Source: Spirochaetia bacterium
GTDB lineage: Bacteria; Spirochaetota; Spirochaetia; UBA9216
DNA length: 64,000 nucleotides
NCBI GenBank assembly: GCA_965140585.1
Contig: OZ223267.1
Location: 32,001 to 96,000, forward strand
Direction: 5' to 3'
In this document: one piece after another, positions 37,480 through 48,488 of the stretch
Numbering within the stretch: the first letter of the stretch is position 1
How the letters are laid out: every line of letters starts with the position of its first letter
Made by a program: the position numbers and the translations under genes
Notes under the pieces: model-generated
What the model saw: only the letters and a program-made list of their open reading frames with translations
The model's database searches: none
What the model was told of the DNA's origin: nothing

Positions 37480-38421
37480 TTAGTTCAGCGGAAAAAGAAT
37501 CCTGGCCATATAAATAACAAATATAAGTGTAAAAACACAGGCCAGAGTAGAGTACATCACTGTTTTAGCAGCGAATTCCGCTTCACCCTTCTGTTCAACT
37601 GCTATTATAACAGTATTTACTGCGGTTGGAAGCCCTCCGGAAATGAACAGGGTTTGAGCCAGAGCGCCCTCAAGATGCATAATTCTAATCAGTATGTACG
37701 ATAGGACCGGTGCCCCGATAAGCTTCATTGCAACAGCCAGCATCGCTGCCCTGTCCACTTTTGCGACCTCTGTTGATGCAAGCTGAACTCCGAGTGTTAC
37801 CAGAATGAAACCAATCATTGCATCCTTGATATATTCAAAAGCCGGCCAGACAAATGTGGTTTCAAGTCTGAAATCAAAGATTTTCAAAAGCAGAGCCAGA
37901 ATAATTGCATAGATTGCCGGAAGTTTCAGAAGGTTGAGCAGGGAGTCTTTCCAATGCATGGTATGTCTTCCTGCATTATAGAATCCTATTGTATTGATAG
38001 CCATGGACTGAATGAGCATGATTGTTATCTGGACTATAAGTGCATCCTGCACATAGGGGGTGCCATCGAACACGAGCAATATCAGCGGTATTCCTATATT
38101 TCCCGAATTGAAGAAAAAACTTGCACTTACAAAGGCATATTTTTTTTTCATTTCGTATTTTCGTAAGGTTGCTGTCAGATAGGCTACAAGGTACATCAGA
38201 CTCAGAAACAGCATTGAATATATAAGAACACTGGCTATACTTCCGGACAGATCGTTGGTATAAATAACAACAAAAGTAAAGATCGGCATGAATGCATAAA
38301 GATGCATTTTTGCCAGTGTTTTCATATCAAGTTTGAAATTTTTACCGAGGATAAATCCGACTGTGATAAGTATGAAAATAGGTACAATGTTGTGAGTTAA
38401 TATATGAATGAATACCTGCAT
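37480..38421 (-). CDS. AEC-family (auxin efflux carrier-like) transporter
   Basis: NSGNIGIPL, PAIYA, LPTAVNT; about 10 TMs. Confidence 0.88.
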   Translation of the reverse strand: MQVFIHILTHNIVPIFILITVGFILGKNFKLDMKTLAKMHLYAFMPIFTFVVIYTNDLSGSIASVLIYSMLFLSLMYLVAYLTATLRKYEMKKKYAFVSASFFFNSGNIGIPLILLVFDGTPYVQDALIVQITIMLIQSMAINTIGFYNAGRHTMHWKDSLLNLLKLPAIYAIILALLLKIFDFRLETTFVWPAFEYIKDAMIGFILVTLGVQLASTEVAKVDRAAMLAVAMKLIGAPVLSYILIRIMHLEGALAQTLFISGGLPTAVNTVIIAVEQKGEAEFAAKTVMYSTLACVFTLIFVIYMARILFPLN

Positions 38422-38534
38422 CTGTTACTGCCTTGAGTTAATAAGTTACCGGTATTATACAGAAAAAAATTAAAATAATCAGATGCTTCTCTGGTATAAT
38501 AAGTTTGATAATTATTAGTGAACGAGGATTATTT

Positions 38535-38909
38535 ATGAAAAAAATATCAACAGATAAGGCTCCCGGTGCGATAGGGCCGTATTCCCAGGCAATTGAGCAC
38601 ATGGGGCTGGTATACACAAGCGGTCAGATAGCCATCAATCCTGCATCCGGTGAGGTGATTGACGGCGGAATAAAAGAACAAGCCGCGCAGGTCATTGAAA
38701 ATCTTGCAGCCGTACTTGAGGCATCCGGCAGCTCTCTGGAAAATGTCATTAAAACTACCTGCTTTTTAGAGGATATGAATGATTTTGCGGCTTTTAATGA
38801 GGTCTATGCTTCCTACATTAAACATGCCCCGGCACGAAGCTGTGTGGCTGTTAAACAGCTGCCTAAGAGCGTAAAAGTTGAGATTGAAGTAATCGCGGCA
38901 GTTAAATAA
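38535..38909 (+). CDS. ridA: RidA-family imine deaminase
   Basis: APGAIGPYSQA, SGQI, PARSCVAVKQLPK..VEIE. Confidence 0.93.
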   Translation: MKKISTDKAPGAIGPYSQAIEHMGLVYTSGQIAINPASGEVIDGGIKEQAAQVIENLAAVLEASGSSLENVIKTTCFLEDMNDFAAFNEVYASYIKHAPARSCVAVKQLPKSVKVEIEVIAAVK

Positions 38910-38942
38910 TCTGCCTGAGCAATGCTTTTCTGAGATATGCTA

Positions 38943-40874
38943 TCAGCATATCTCCAGTTTTAATTGTTCAAGTTCATCCCAGCGCTCAAGCATTGATGCC
39001 AGCTCTTCTTCCTTCTGCTCAATGGAGTCCTGAACTGATTTCGCTTTCTGCGGATCGGAGTAAACCTCTTCCTTATGAAGTTTGCTGTTTAAACCGGCAA
39101 TCTGACCTTCAATCTCTTCCATCTCGAGCATTAGCTGCTCTTCTTCACGCTCGTACTTGCGTCTGAGGTTTTTCAGGCGCTTTTCTTCCTGATGATCGAG
39201 TTTTGCTTCGCTGATCTGGGCTGACTGCCCGGATTCATCATATTGGGCGGCTGCCTCTTCCAGTTCGTTCTCTTTACGCCAGAGGTAGTACTTATAGTCG
39301 CCGGGAAACATCCGGTGCTGACCGTCCTCCAGTTCAAGAACCTTTGTTGCCAGATTTTCAATGAAATACCTGTCGTGCGAAACAAATACCAGGGTGCCTG
39401 TATATGAGTTGAGAGCATCAAGCAGCACCTGTTTTGACTGCAGATCGAGATGGTTTGTCGGTTCGTCGAGTATAAGCAGATTCGCCGGATGCAGAAGCAG
39501 TTTTAGAAGTGAAAGCCTGTTCTTTTCTCCGCCGCTGAGTACTGATGCGGATTTGTAAATATCATCACTCCTGAACAGGAAGGCTCCCAGCATTCCGCGT
39601 ATTTCGGGAATCAGATGGGTGGGCGCATCAGCTTCTGCTTCTTCAAGGACTGTTCTGCTTGTATCAATTGCAGATTCAATATCCTGTGAAAAATATCCCG
39701 GTGCGACTCCGCTGCCGTAGTTGATTACTCCGCTGTAATCGCTGTCCACTCCGGCAATTATGCGCATCAGTGTAGATTTTCCCGCTCCGTTGCGTCCTGC
39801 AATTACCAGTTTCTCGCCAGCCTCAAGCTGAAGTTCCATATCATTAATTACTTTAAGATCTCCGTAAGCCTTGTTAAGCCCTTCTATCCGCAGAACCTGT
39901 CTGCCGGAGTGGGGCGGCTGTGGAAATTTAAAGTGTATTTTCTTCATGCTTTCGGGGATCTGAATACGCTCAATTTTATCAAGCTGTTTGATCCGGCTCT
40001 GAACCATATTTGCTTTTGAAGCATTGTAGCGGAAGCGGTTTATAAACTCTTCAAGCTTTGCAATTTCTTCCTGCTGCCTGCTGAACTGTTTAACCAGAAG
40101 TTCAATTTCTATCTCACGCTTCTTTTCATAAGAGCTGTAATTACCCTTGTAAATCTTGAGTTTGCCGGTAAACAGCTCGGCTACCTCATTGACCGTGGCG
40201 TCAAGAAAAAATCTGTCGTGCGAGACAATCAGGAAGCCGCCCTGAAATGAGTTGAGGTAGTTTTCCAGCCAGTTTCTTGCCTCAAGATCGAGGTAGTTTG
40301 TAGGTTCGTCAAGCAGGATTACATCGGGTGTCGAGAGCAGAAGTCTTGCAAGTGCTATTCTCATCTGCCAGCCGCCTGAAAACTCGTCGGTGTTCCGGTT
40401 GAAGTCGGAAACGGAGAAACCCAGACCGGTTAAAATAGCTGATGCCGACTCTCTTCGTGAGTAGTATCCGCTTTTTTCTATGCTTTCCTGAAGCTCATGA
40501 AGCTTTTCAAGCAGTCCGGCTGTTTCAGGTGAGTCTGCATTTACTCCGCTGAGTCTGTGTTCTATATCTTCTTTCTCAGCAATGACAGGTGATATGTATT
40601 CAAAGGCGGTTTCTGCTTCCTCTATAAGCGGTCTGCCCGACATTACAATTCCGGACTGGGGAAGATAGGCTACCCTGGATTTTTTATCCTTGATGATATC
40701 ACCGCTGTCTGCGGCTGAAATTCCTGCAATGATTTTCATCAGGGTGGACTTACCGCTTCCATTTCCGCCGGAGAGGGCAGTTTTGCTTTTATCCGAGAGA
40801 TTAAGGTTGATTCCGTCAAGGATTCTTCTTTCCCCGAAATTTAGAGTTATATCAGTTAGTTGAACATGTGCCAT
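38943..40874 (-). CDS. ABC-F family ATPase
   Basis: Two NBDs (GNGSGKST, FSGGWQMR, DEPTN; GRNGAGKST, LSGGEKNR), linker, C-terminal coiled coil, no TMs. Confidence 0.95.
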   Translation of the reverse strand: MAHVQLTDITLNFGERRILDGINLNLSDKSKTALSGGNGSGKSTLMKIIAGISAADSGDIIKDKKSRVAYLPQSGIVMSGRPLIEEAETAFEYISPVIAEKEDIEHRLSGVNADSPETAGLLEKLHELQESIEKSGYYSRRESASAILTGLGFSVSDFNRNTDEFSGGWQMRIALARLLLSTPDVILLDEPTNYLDLEARNWLENYLNSFQGGFLIVSHDRFFLDATVNEVAELFTGKLKIYKGNYSSYEKKREIEIELLVKQFSRQQEEIAKLEEFINRFRYNASKANMVQSRIKQLDKIERIQIPESMKKIHFKFPQPPHSGRQVLRIEGLNKAYGDLKVINDMELQLEAGEKLVIAGRNGAGKSTLMRIIAGVDSDYSGVINYGSGVAPGYFSQDIESAIDTSRTVLEEAEADAPTHLIPEIRGMLGAFLFRSDDIYKSASVLSGGEKNRLSLLKLLLHPANLLILDEPTNHLDLQSKQVLLDALNSYTGTLVFVSHDRYFIENLATKVLELEDGQHRMFPGDYKYYLWRKENELEEAAAQYDESGQSAQISEAKLDHQEEKRLKNLRRKYEREEEQLMLEMEEIEGQIAGLNSKLHKEEVYSDPQKAKSVQDSIEQKEEELASMLERWDELEQLKLEIC

Positions 40875-40881
40875 TTTTTAT

Positions 40882-42171
40882 TTATTCACCGGCTCCGGAC
40901 ATGAAAATGACTAGTGGTGAACTGCTTTCCCTTTCTACAATATTCCTGTCAATATCTGCAGGCGGAACGTATACCAGCTTTATTCCCAGGTCTGAAAGTT
41001 CAAAGAGAAAGTTAACCAGTCCGCCGGCGGGAATACCGTCAAATGAAAATGAAATTACACCGTCGTATTCTGAAGCAATGGCAGATCCGGGGAAGTAGTT
41101 CAGCAGGATTATTCCTGTGTTTCCGGATTTCTCGGGTATCGCATTGGGGACCAGCCTTCCGAAGTCGGTCCAGGTAAATGCTTCATCTTCTTCAAAGGAT
41201 ATTCTACCATATGCGGAGCTTGAAACGGTTCCGAGATCTGCAAGTGCCTGATAGAGCAGCTCTCTTCTTTCAATTTCCGAGTCAATTCTTTCTTCGATGT
41301 TGTCTATGTATATCATTGCCTCGGCATATTCACGGTTATTATGTGTGTAATATGCTGCTATTCTGTCTTCAGAGCGTACCTCAATCTGCAGTGAAGTTCC
41401 CTCAAAGATGAACCTGCCGCTGTTGTTCATAGTTATCCGTGAATAATTGAACTCTGTTGAAAAATCTTCAGTTACAAGTTCAATCCGCTTTTCTTCGGGA
41501 AATGAAAAAATTCCTGTGGTTGTCCGGAATCTGGAAAGATCGATAGTATTTTTCCTTATCATATCGAGAAAAAAGTCAGGCCGGTATACCTTTGACATAA
41601 AGATATCGAGCATAGGATCTTTTACGCTGTCTGAATCTTCTGTGGTCTGGGTCTTGATATTAAAAAGTCTGAGATTCAGATCAAAGCAGTAGCCGGTTGT
41701 TCCGTCTTCTGTAAGTACTGTATACCAGTAACCCTCTGACCCTGCAATGGTTTCAGGTTCAGGAACTCTGCTGATGATTTTTAAAAGTTGCTGTTCACGC
41801 AGTTTGTATACACGTTCAGACTGAATATCAGGTTCCTGTCTGATTGAAAGTCCGTTTTTCAAAGTTTCAGCATAAATGTCTTTGTACTCTGAATATTCTG
41901 AAGCGAAGGCAAGGGCATCGCTTTCTTTTTCAAAAAAATTTATCTTCCATCTGCTGACTGCGGCTTTACTGCCGTCAGCGGTTTCAAGGATGTATTCGTC
42001 TCTGATTTCAGATTCTTCGGTAACAGGCAGTACAGATCCGGCTTCCAGTTTGTTTTTATCATCATCCATATAAACAACACCATAGCCGATGGAGCCTGAG
42101 CCGCAGGAGTAAAGTGTTAAAAGTATAGCAACAATAGAAAAAAGCCGGAGTCGGCGTTTAGGGTCTAGCAT
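40882..42171 (-). CDS. SH3-domain lipoprotein
   Basis: LYSC lipobox; 'GLSIRQEPDIQSERVYKL..WYTVLTEDGTTGYCF' SH3b-like. Confidence 0.8.
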   Translation of the reverse strand: MLDPKRRLRLFSIVAILLTLYSCGSGSIGYGVVYMDDDKNKLEAGSVLPVTEESEIRDEYILETADGSKAAVSRWKINFFEKESDALAFASEYSEYKDIYAETLKNGLSIRQEPDIQSERVYKLREQQLLKIISRVPEPETIAGSEGYWYTVLTEDGTTGYCFDLNLRLFNIKTQTTEDSDSVKDPMLDIFMSKVYRPDFFLDMIRKNTIDLSRFRTTTGIFSFPEEKRIELVTEDFSTEFNYSRITMNNSGRFIFEGTSLQIEVRSEDRIAAYYTHNNREYAEAMIYIDNIEERIDSEIERRELLYQALADLGTVSSSAYGRISFEEDEAFTWTDFGRLVPNAIPEKSGNTGIILLNYFPGSAIASEYDGVISFSFDGIPAGGLVNFLFELSDLGIKLVYVPPADIDRNIVERESSSPLVIFMSGAGE

Positions 42172-42243
42172 TAAAGCCTCCGTTTGCGTGTTATAACGCT
42201 ATTTTGTACTTTATTTACTGTTTACGCAAGTCTTTATAGCTGT

Positions 42244-43104
42244 CTACATTCTGCAGATGATGAGAATACGGCCCTCTTTGATGAGCCTGCTGTTAAGTCC
42301 GCTGTAAAGAATTTTCCGGGCAGATTCATCCCTGATAATCAGGTCGGTATGGTTGTTTCCGAATATCTGAACAGCTGTAGTCCGGTAGGGATACTGTCCT
42401 ATTCTGTTTTCAAAATCAGATTCATCTGTTGTTTCCGAATACATCACGAATCCCCACCTTTTAAGGTATTCGGGATCAGCCATATCTGCGGAAGCAACAA
42501 TTTCCATATCCTGATTGTAAATAACCGGAAAGAGCGCCGGCTGGAGTTCACCCTTCGTTTCCCCTTCGCCGTAGAAGGGCAGGGTATCATAGGCGTAAAT
42601 GATGATTCCGGAAAAAGCTGCGGTTGGTTCATAGTTGAGTTCCACCGGTGCGGGGGTTCTTTTTCCCTGTATATCCAGAAGAAGCGGAATTATATCCTTG
42701 TAGATGTTGTATTCATATACGTTTTTTATAGTACTTAGATCCATGCTCATGTTGCTTGAGATTCTGGTCATTGAAAAATTAAGTTCTTCGAAACTGCTGA
42801 GTCTGTCATGATCCATTTGAAGCCATCCGCCGACACTGTAAAGTGAATCAAGGTACATGCCGTGAAGTGCATCTGTAGCAATTCCGGAAAGCTTGCGATC
42901 GATGATTTCAGAAATTCTGAATCTTTCTGATGTTATATTGCCAGATTTTCCGGTTATTGGTGCTTCAGCGGTAATTCTGATGATGCCGGTAGTCCAGCTT
43001 ATATCAATATCACTGGTAATTTGATCCTGACCGGATGCTGAAAAAGCAGCTGAAAAAAATAAAATGCAGAGTAAAATATATCTGAAAGTTCGTGACTGTA
43101 TCAC
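42244..43104 (-). CDS. Secreted hypothetical protein (spirochete periplasmic family)
   Basis: Signal peptide; 'FSGIIIYA..LP..GE...LQPALFPVIY', 'RIGQYP', 'EGRILII'. Confidence 0.7.
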   Translation of the reverse strand: MIQSRTFRYILLCILFFSAAFSASGQDQITSDIDISWTTGIIRITAEAPITGKSGNITSERFRISEIIDRKLSGIATDALHGMYLDSLYSVGGWLQMDHDRLSSFEELNFSMTRISSNMSMDLSTIKNVYEYNIYKDIIPLLLDIQGKRTPAPVELNYEPTAAFSGIIIYAYDTLPFYGEGETKGELQPALFPVIYNQDMEIVASADMADPEYLKRWGFVMYSETTDESDFENRIGQYPYRTTAVQIFGNNHTDLIIRDESARKILYSGLNSRLIKEGRILIICRM

Positions 43105-44338
43105 TGCTGGTTTCCTCCAGGTACCTGAATGACAGTACCGGCTTTAATGATTCCGTCAGCGGGAATACCGTTGTTTGCAGCAAGCGTTTCAGCGCTGGTA
43201 TCGTGTTTCATTGCTATACTCCACAGTGTATCTCCTGAGATAACCGTGTATGGAACGGTTTGAGCCCAGGATTCAGTTTCCCTGCTTTCTATCCGGTAGG
43301 GGCCTGTGTCGTTTATCACCGGAATGATTATGTTCTGACCGCTTCTGAGCGTCTGCGGATTAGCACCCGGATTATAACTCTGAATCATGGACACAGGTAT
43401 CCCGAAATGTTTTGAAAGCGCATAGAATGTGTCACCGCTCTGAATTACATGAATGTAGAAACGAAGCAGCTTTTCATCATCATTTTCAAGCACATTGATT
43501 ATATTATCGGTGAATTCATACGGAACCTTCAGATAATACCCCGATCCTGCAGGCGGTGTGATACCGTAGCGCAGTTCCGCATTTCCCTGTTCAAGTACGG
43601 ATAGCGGCACCCCCGATTCTTTTGCGAGCATATCGAGGTCTACAGCCTGCTTAAGTTCTATTCTTTTCCAGTAGCCTGAAAGCGAAGCCTCATCTTTTTC
43701 TGTGTATAAGCCGTAACGGCCGCGATGTACCGCGATATGGATGAATGCCAGAAACTTCGGCACATAATTCCTTGTCTCTTTGGGAATAAGACCCTGCTCA
43801 TAAAGTTCGATATAATCAGTACTGCCGGAAGCTTCAACAGCACGCTGAACCCTTCCCAGTCCGCAGTTGTATGCGGCTACGGCCAGAAACCAGTTGTCTA
43901 GTTTGCTGTAATTGTACTGAAGCTTGGACAAGGCCGCCTCGGTGGACTTCCAGAAATCACGGCGGTCGTCCTGCCATTCATTGACCTCTATATCATAGGG
44001 CGAAATGCTGTTCATCATAAACTGCCATAGGCCCGAAGCGCCGGATCGTGAAACAGCCCAGGGTTTGTAGCCTGATTCGATTGCCGGCAGATACATAATT
44101 TCGGGCGGCATCCCCCTTTCAAGTAGAAGATCATAAATAAAGCCGGCATAGGGTTCTGATCTTTTAAGAATGCTTGCTACGGTTTTGCGTCCGTGTTCAG
44201 TGAGGTATTCGCTTATATAATAATCAATAAGTGGATCATCCGGCGGAGTGATGGAATAAATAGCCGGTCCTCCGATATCGGACGAAAATACCGGAAAGGC
44301 GAGTATACTCAAAATTATAAAAAAAAAACTTTATTCAT
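43101..44338 (-). CDS. mltD: MltD-like lytic transglycosylase with two LysM domains; signal peptide frameshifted at a T10 tract
   Basis: LPAIESGY, AVSRSGASGLWQFM, AAYNCG, ETRNYVPK, two LysM repeats. The ATG at 44338 is out of frame by 1 nt; the in-frame ORF starts at TTG 44312. Confidence 0.85.
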
Positions 44339-45470
44339 CCCTGTTTCCGGAGAAGGGCTTTTCACCAAGATAGATTCCGGCCCATTCCCATTTTCCGTTT
44401 ATTTCAGGATCGGCAGGAAATGATATTTTCCTGAAGTATAAATACCATGTAGGTATACGGAATGACCATCCCCATGTTTCTAAATAGGCTTCCTGAAGGT
44501 TTGAGTCCGAGTTCAGCTCAGAGGCGCATCGTAATCTGGAAGTCATGAAAATGCCTATATCCGAATAAAATCCTTCAATATCATCAATTGTATTTTCTTT
44601 GCTGTCCTCTTCCCAGGCCTGCGTAAAGAAGTTGACCTTTGCCATGTATCTGTTAAGCCTTGAAGGGTTTCTTCCCCATATTGCCCACTGAACATACTTT
44701 GTAAGATCTTCCAGGCTGTCCATAATCCAGCCCTTGTCCCGGTAATCATAGAAGGCAATCATATCGGCTATTTCGGTATGAGCCTGGGGTTCTCCGGGGA
44801 TTTTACTGTCCGGATAAAGCAGGAAGTTGCGGTATGCCTGTACCGCAAGAGCCCATTCTCCAAGTTCCTCATATGTTTTGCCCATGTAGTAGTAAACCGG
44901 CCCCTTATCGATAAGTTCCAGATCCGGGTAAAGTTCATCAGGCTCGCTGAATCTTGCAATCAGCTCCTTGTAGTAGTTTACCCTGACTGCAGGTTCTTCT
45001 ATCATCTGAATGAGGTTCTTGAGACATATATAATGAACTGATCTACCCTGAACCAGAAGGTCGGGATAGTTTTTAAGAATTCGTTCGTAGTAATGAGTAG
45101 CAAAGGGGTAAGCCCCGTTGTTGTAATAGTTTTCAGCTACTATAAGCAGGTAGTAGGCATTGAAAGGATTATCGGGATGATTTTCCACGTATGCGGTGAG
45201 AAAAAGGTTCAGCTTTTCGGCCTGATCAGCCTGATGCAGAAGTTTTATAATCTGCTGAATAAGAGCAAGAGCACTCTCGTATTCGCCCTCGTTTTCCTTC
45301 ACACCCTCAAAGAGGATTCTAAGCTGCTTTTTTTCTTCGGAAGATCCGGCAATGTAGTAGTTTACCGGATCAAAGAATCTTGAATATACCCAGTCTTTCG
45401 GGTTTCTGCAGCCTGTTAATGAGAACAGAATCAGTATTGCCGCGATTGAAGTAAATATTATCCTGCGCAT
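44331..45470 (-). CDS. TPR lipoprotein
   Basis: MRRIIF...LTGC lipobox; TPRs (YYYMGKTYEELGEWALAVQAYRNFL); C-terminal 'WEWAGIYLGEK'. Confidence 0.8.
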   Translation of the reverse strand: MRRIIFTSIAAILILFSLTGCRNPKDWVYSRFFDPVNYYIAGSSEEKKQLRILFEGVKENEGEYESALALIQQIIKLLHQADQAEKLNLFLTAYVENHPDNPFNAYYLLIVAENYYNNGAYPFATHYYERILKNYPDLLVQGRSVHYICLKNLIQMIEEPAVRVNYYKELIARFSEPDELYPDLELIDKGPVYYYMGKTYEELGEWALAVQAYRNFLLYPDSKIPGEPQAHTEIADMIAFYDYRDKGWIMDSLEDLTKYVQWAIWGRNPSRLNRYMAKVNFFTQAWEEDSKENTIDDIEGFYSDIGIFMTSRLRCASELNSDSNLQEAYLETWGWSFRIPTWYLYFRKISFPADPEINGKWEWAGIYLGEKPFSGNRDE

Positions 45471-45481
45471 ATCAGATTGAG

Positions 45482-45533
45482 ATTCTATCACAATCACATG
45501 CTTATTGAAAGGGGCCATGTGATCTGATAAAAT
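45482..45533. promoter_or_regulatory. Back-to-back sigma70 promoters sharing one -35 hexamer (TPR operon and icd)
   Basis: Plus strand: TTGAAA (45505-45510)-N17-TAAAAT with TG. Minus strand: TTTCAA (same 6 bp)-N17-TAGAAT with TG. Confidence 0.55.
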
Positions 45534-45567
45534 CAGGTTTAACGTACCACAGAGGAGTATTTCAATT

Positions 45568-46776
45568 ATGGAACAGAAAATATCCATGAAAGACGGGAGA
45601 CTTCAGGTTCCCGATTCCCCGGTAATCCCCTACATCGAGGGTGACGGGATTGGGCCTGATATCTGGGCTGCAGCAGTAAAAGTTTTCGACGCAGCAGTTA
45701 AAACCGCCTATGGTGATAATAAAAAAATAGTATGGAAAGAAATTTTTGCCGGTCAGAAGGCTTTTGATTCTGTTGGAAGCTGGCTTCCGGAAGAGACTGA
45801 AGCAGCCTTCAAGGAATACCTTGTCGGTATAAAAGGACCTCTTACTACTCCGGTAGGCGGCGGAATCCGCAGTCTCAATGTTGCTTTAAGGCAGAGGCTT
45901 GATCTTTACGTATGTCAGAGACCTGTAAAGCATTATCCGGGTATCCCCGGCCCGGTAAAGAATCCGGATGCAATTGATATGGTTGTATTCAGGGAGAATA
46001 CCGAGGATGTATATGCAGGATATGAACTTAAGGCCGGTGATCCTAAGACTGCTGAACTGATTAAGGCTCTCAAGGATATCATGGGCTGGGAAATCAAGCC
46101 TGATTCAGGACTTGGAATTAAACCTATGAGTAAATCAGGTACTGATCGTCTTGTACGTGCTGCAATTGAATACGCAATCAAGCATGACCGTAAGTCTGTT
46201 ACCCTCGTTCATAAGGGCAACATAATGAAGTTTACTGAGGGTGCATTCAGGGAATGGGGATATGAACTTGCAAAGAAGGAATTCCCCGGAAAGGTAGTCA
46301 GCTGGGATGAATGCGGCGGAAATCCGCCGGAAGGCACCATTCTTATCAAAGATGTTATTGCGGATGCTTTTCTACAGCAGATTTTGACCAGACCTGCCGA
46401 ATATGATGTTGTAGCTACTATGAATTTAAACGGTGATTACATCTCTGATGCTCTTGCCGCTCAGGTAGGCGGAATCGGTATTGCACCGGGTGCAAATATC
46501 AACTACACCACCGGTGCAGCAATATTTGAAGCAACCCACGGTACTGCTCCCAAATACGCAGGCTTGAACAAGGTAAACCCCAGTTCAGTTATCCTTTCCG
46601 GAGCAATGATGCTGGAATACCTCGGCTGGACTGAGGCTGCGGATCTGATAGAGAAGGGAATCACAGCTGCAATTTCTAAGAAAATAGTAACATATGATTT
46701 TGCCAGACTGATGGACAATGCCACAGAGGTATCAACCTCCGACTTTGGGCAGGCTATCATCGACAACATGTGTTAG
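45568..46776 (+). CDS. icd: Isocitrate dehydrogenase (homodimeric, NADP-type)
   Basis: [56 protein letters not shown]. Confidence 0.97.
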   Translation: MEQKISMKDGRLQVPDSPVIPYIEGDGIGPDIWAAAVKVFDAAVKTAYGDNKKIVWKEIFAGQKAFDSVGSWLPEETEAAFKEYLVGIKGPLTTPVGGGIRSLNVALRQRLDLYVCQRPVKHYPGIPGPVKNPDAIDMVVFRENTEDVYAGYELKAGDPKTAELIKALKDIMGWEIKPDSGLGIKPMSKSGTDRLVRAAIEYAIKHDRKSVTLVHKGNIMKFTEGAFREWGYELAKKEFPGKVVSWDECGGNPPEGTILIKDVIADAFLQQILTRPAEYDVVATMNLNGDYISDALAAQVGGIGIAPGANINYTTGAAIFEATHGTAPKYAGLNKVNPSSVILSGAMMLEYLGWTEAADLIEKGITAAISKKIVTYDFARLMDNATEVSTSDFGQAIIDNMC

Positions 46777-48488
46777 AAAGGGAAAGAACACTGTGTAGGG
46801 AACGGTCGTTAAGGACTCATTCCGTCAGAACAAAACTAATAGTCTCGATATTTGCTCTGTGCACAGTGCTTCCGTTCATATTGACATGCACATCACAGGC
46901 TGATGTTCATGAAAGCAGTGAATTAAGCGTACAAAGCGAAGAGCTTGATATACTCGAAACCTGCCGGCGTAATATCGGTATAGCCTCGCCGGATACACTT
47001 CGGGCCGCAATGCAGATGCTCTCAGAGAGTGAAGCAGGGCGGTCTGAGGCCGGCCGGGAGTATTACTATATCGCCGCACGGCTGATGGAACTGGTATATC
47101 CTATTGTTTCCTCAGAGCAGGCTTCTCCCGATGCGCCGGCAGGCAGTATTTACCCCGGTATTTTTGAATCGGTAAAAAACGGCAGGTACCCCGAAGTTCA
47201 GAATGATAAAATCTCTTTTTTCAGTGTTCTCATTTCTCCCGTAACTGTTCTGTTTTCCCAGGACAAAACCGTTGAAATCCTCAGTTCGGATAATCTGGAG
47301 CAGGCAATATCGATGAACTCAAGGTCTGTTCTTCCGGTTTTTCTTAGCGGCTATATTTCTGAACGCAACAACCTTTATGATGAGGCCATTCTGTCGTACA
47401 GCAGGGCTCTTGAAATGGACCCCAGCTGTTATCCTGCCGAGCTGGGAACCGCAAGGGTTTATATGGCTACCGGCAGGGAGGATCTCGCTGCAGATTTAAT
47501 GGATATGCTGACGGCACAGTATCCGTATTCAGCTGTTATTCTTAAAACCGCTGCTGAAACCAGGTTCGCTATCGGTGATTACACAGGAGCCCTTGATTTT
47601 TCATCAGATGTTCTCCGGCTGCTTCCGGATAATCCCGAGATTCTCCTTCTGCGCGCGGAAATTTTTCAGAAGCAGAAGAATACCCAGCAGGCTCTCCGCC
47701 TGATTGAGGTCCTTCAGCGTATGCGTTACACACCGGCTGAATTCTATACAGTTAAATCAGAAGTTGAAAAAACCCAGGGGGCTCTTCAGTCGGCGATAAA
47801 CACACTTCAGGAGGGGCTTAAAAAATACCCCGAAAGCAAGGAACTTAAAGCAGGTTACGGCACAGCACTGATTCTGGCCGGCCGAAAGGATGAGGCCAGG
47901 GAACTCCTCGGCGGGACGGATGAAACAACTGATACCGAGAGTCTGATTGTTCTCATCGATGATGCGGTTAAATCACGGGACTGGGATGCTGCCTTCGGAT
48001 ATGCCGAACAGCTTGAGACACAGAAGATGGATGTTCGCTCCGGCCGTGCTGCATGGAATGCCTGGTACCGCGGAGGGAATACCGAGAAAGCCCTGAACAT
48101 TTCCCAGCAGCTGTACAGCGAATACCCTGCTGATATAGATGCATCAATTATGTATATTCGCAGCCTCCTTTCTTTGAACAGAAGGCTGCAGGCAGAGCGT
48201 ATCCTTGAAACGGCGCTTCCGGCTGTTACTGATTCTGCACGAAAAAGTGAGCTTCTTTACCTGCAGAGTCTGACGCTTGATAATGAGGATGAAAAGCTGC
48301 AGTCCCTTCGTGCTGCACTTTTTGAGGACCTGCAGAATACTGATGCCCTTGTTGAGATAGCCGATCTCTATGTAGAGATGGGCGATGTCAGGAAGGGCTA
48401 CCGCTATATCAAGCAGGCTGCTGCAATTCTTCCGGATGATCCCGATATTGCCGCGGAGCTTCAGCGGATAGAGGGACTGCTTCAGTGA
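46770..48488 (+). CDS. TPR-repeat lipoprotein (start uncertain)
   Basis: Hydrophobic stretch ending ILTC; many TPRs ([17 protein letters not shown]). Confidence 0.8.
   Translation: MLERERTLCRERSLRTHSVRTKLIVSIFALCTVLPFILTCTSQADVHESSELSVQSEELDILETCRRNIGIASPDTLRAAMQMLSESEAGRSEAGREYYYIAARLMELVYPIVSSEQASPDAPAGSIYPGIFESVKNGRYPEVQNDKISFFSVLISPVTVLFSQDKTVEILSSDNLEQAISMNSRSVLPVFLSGYISERNNLYDEAILSYSRALEMDPSCYPAELGTARVYMATGREDLAADLMDMLTAQYPYSAVILKTAAETRFAIGDYTGALDFSSDVLRLLPDNPEILLLRAEIFQKQKNTQQALRLIEVLQRMRYTPAEFYTVKSEVEKTQGALQSAINTLQEGLKKYPESKELKAGYGTALILAGRKDEARELLGGTDETTDTESLIVLIDDAVKSRDWDAAFGYAEQLETQKMDVRSGRAAWNAWYRGGNTEKALNISQQLYSEYPADIDASIMYIRSLLSLNRRLQAERILETALPAVTDSARKSELLYLQSLTLDNEDEKLQSLRAALFEDLQNTDALVEIADLYVEMGDVRKGYRYIKQAAAILPDDPDIAAELQRIEGLLQ

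Noticed and set aside
38140-38148. T9 tract in the AEC transporter gene (and A8/T8 tracts at 1489, 20651, 55171, 63275)
   Set aside because: All in frame and expected from Lys/Phe codons in an AT-rich genome.
38932-38954. Perfect 10-bp hairpin GAGATATGCT-atc-AGCATATCTC between convergent ridA and ABC-F
   Set aside because: Probably a simple transcript-end structure; no adjacent T-run and no other copy noticed.
42184-42738. 184-aa plus-strand ORF
   Set aside because: Antisense to a conserved-looking exported protein; TTG start and no motifs.
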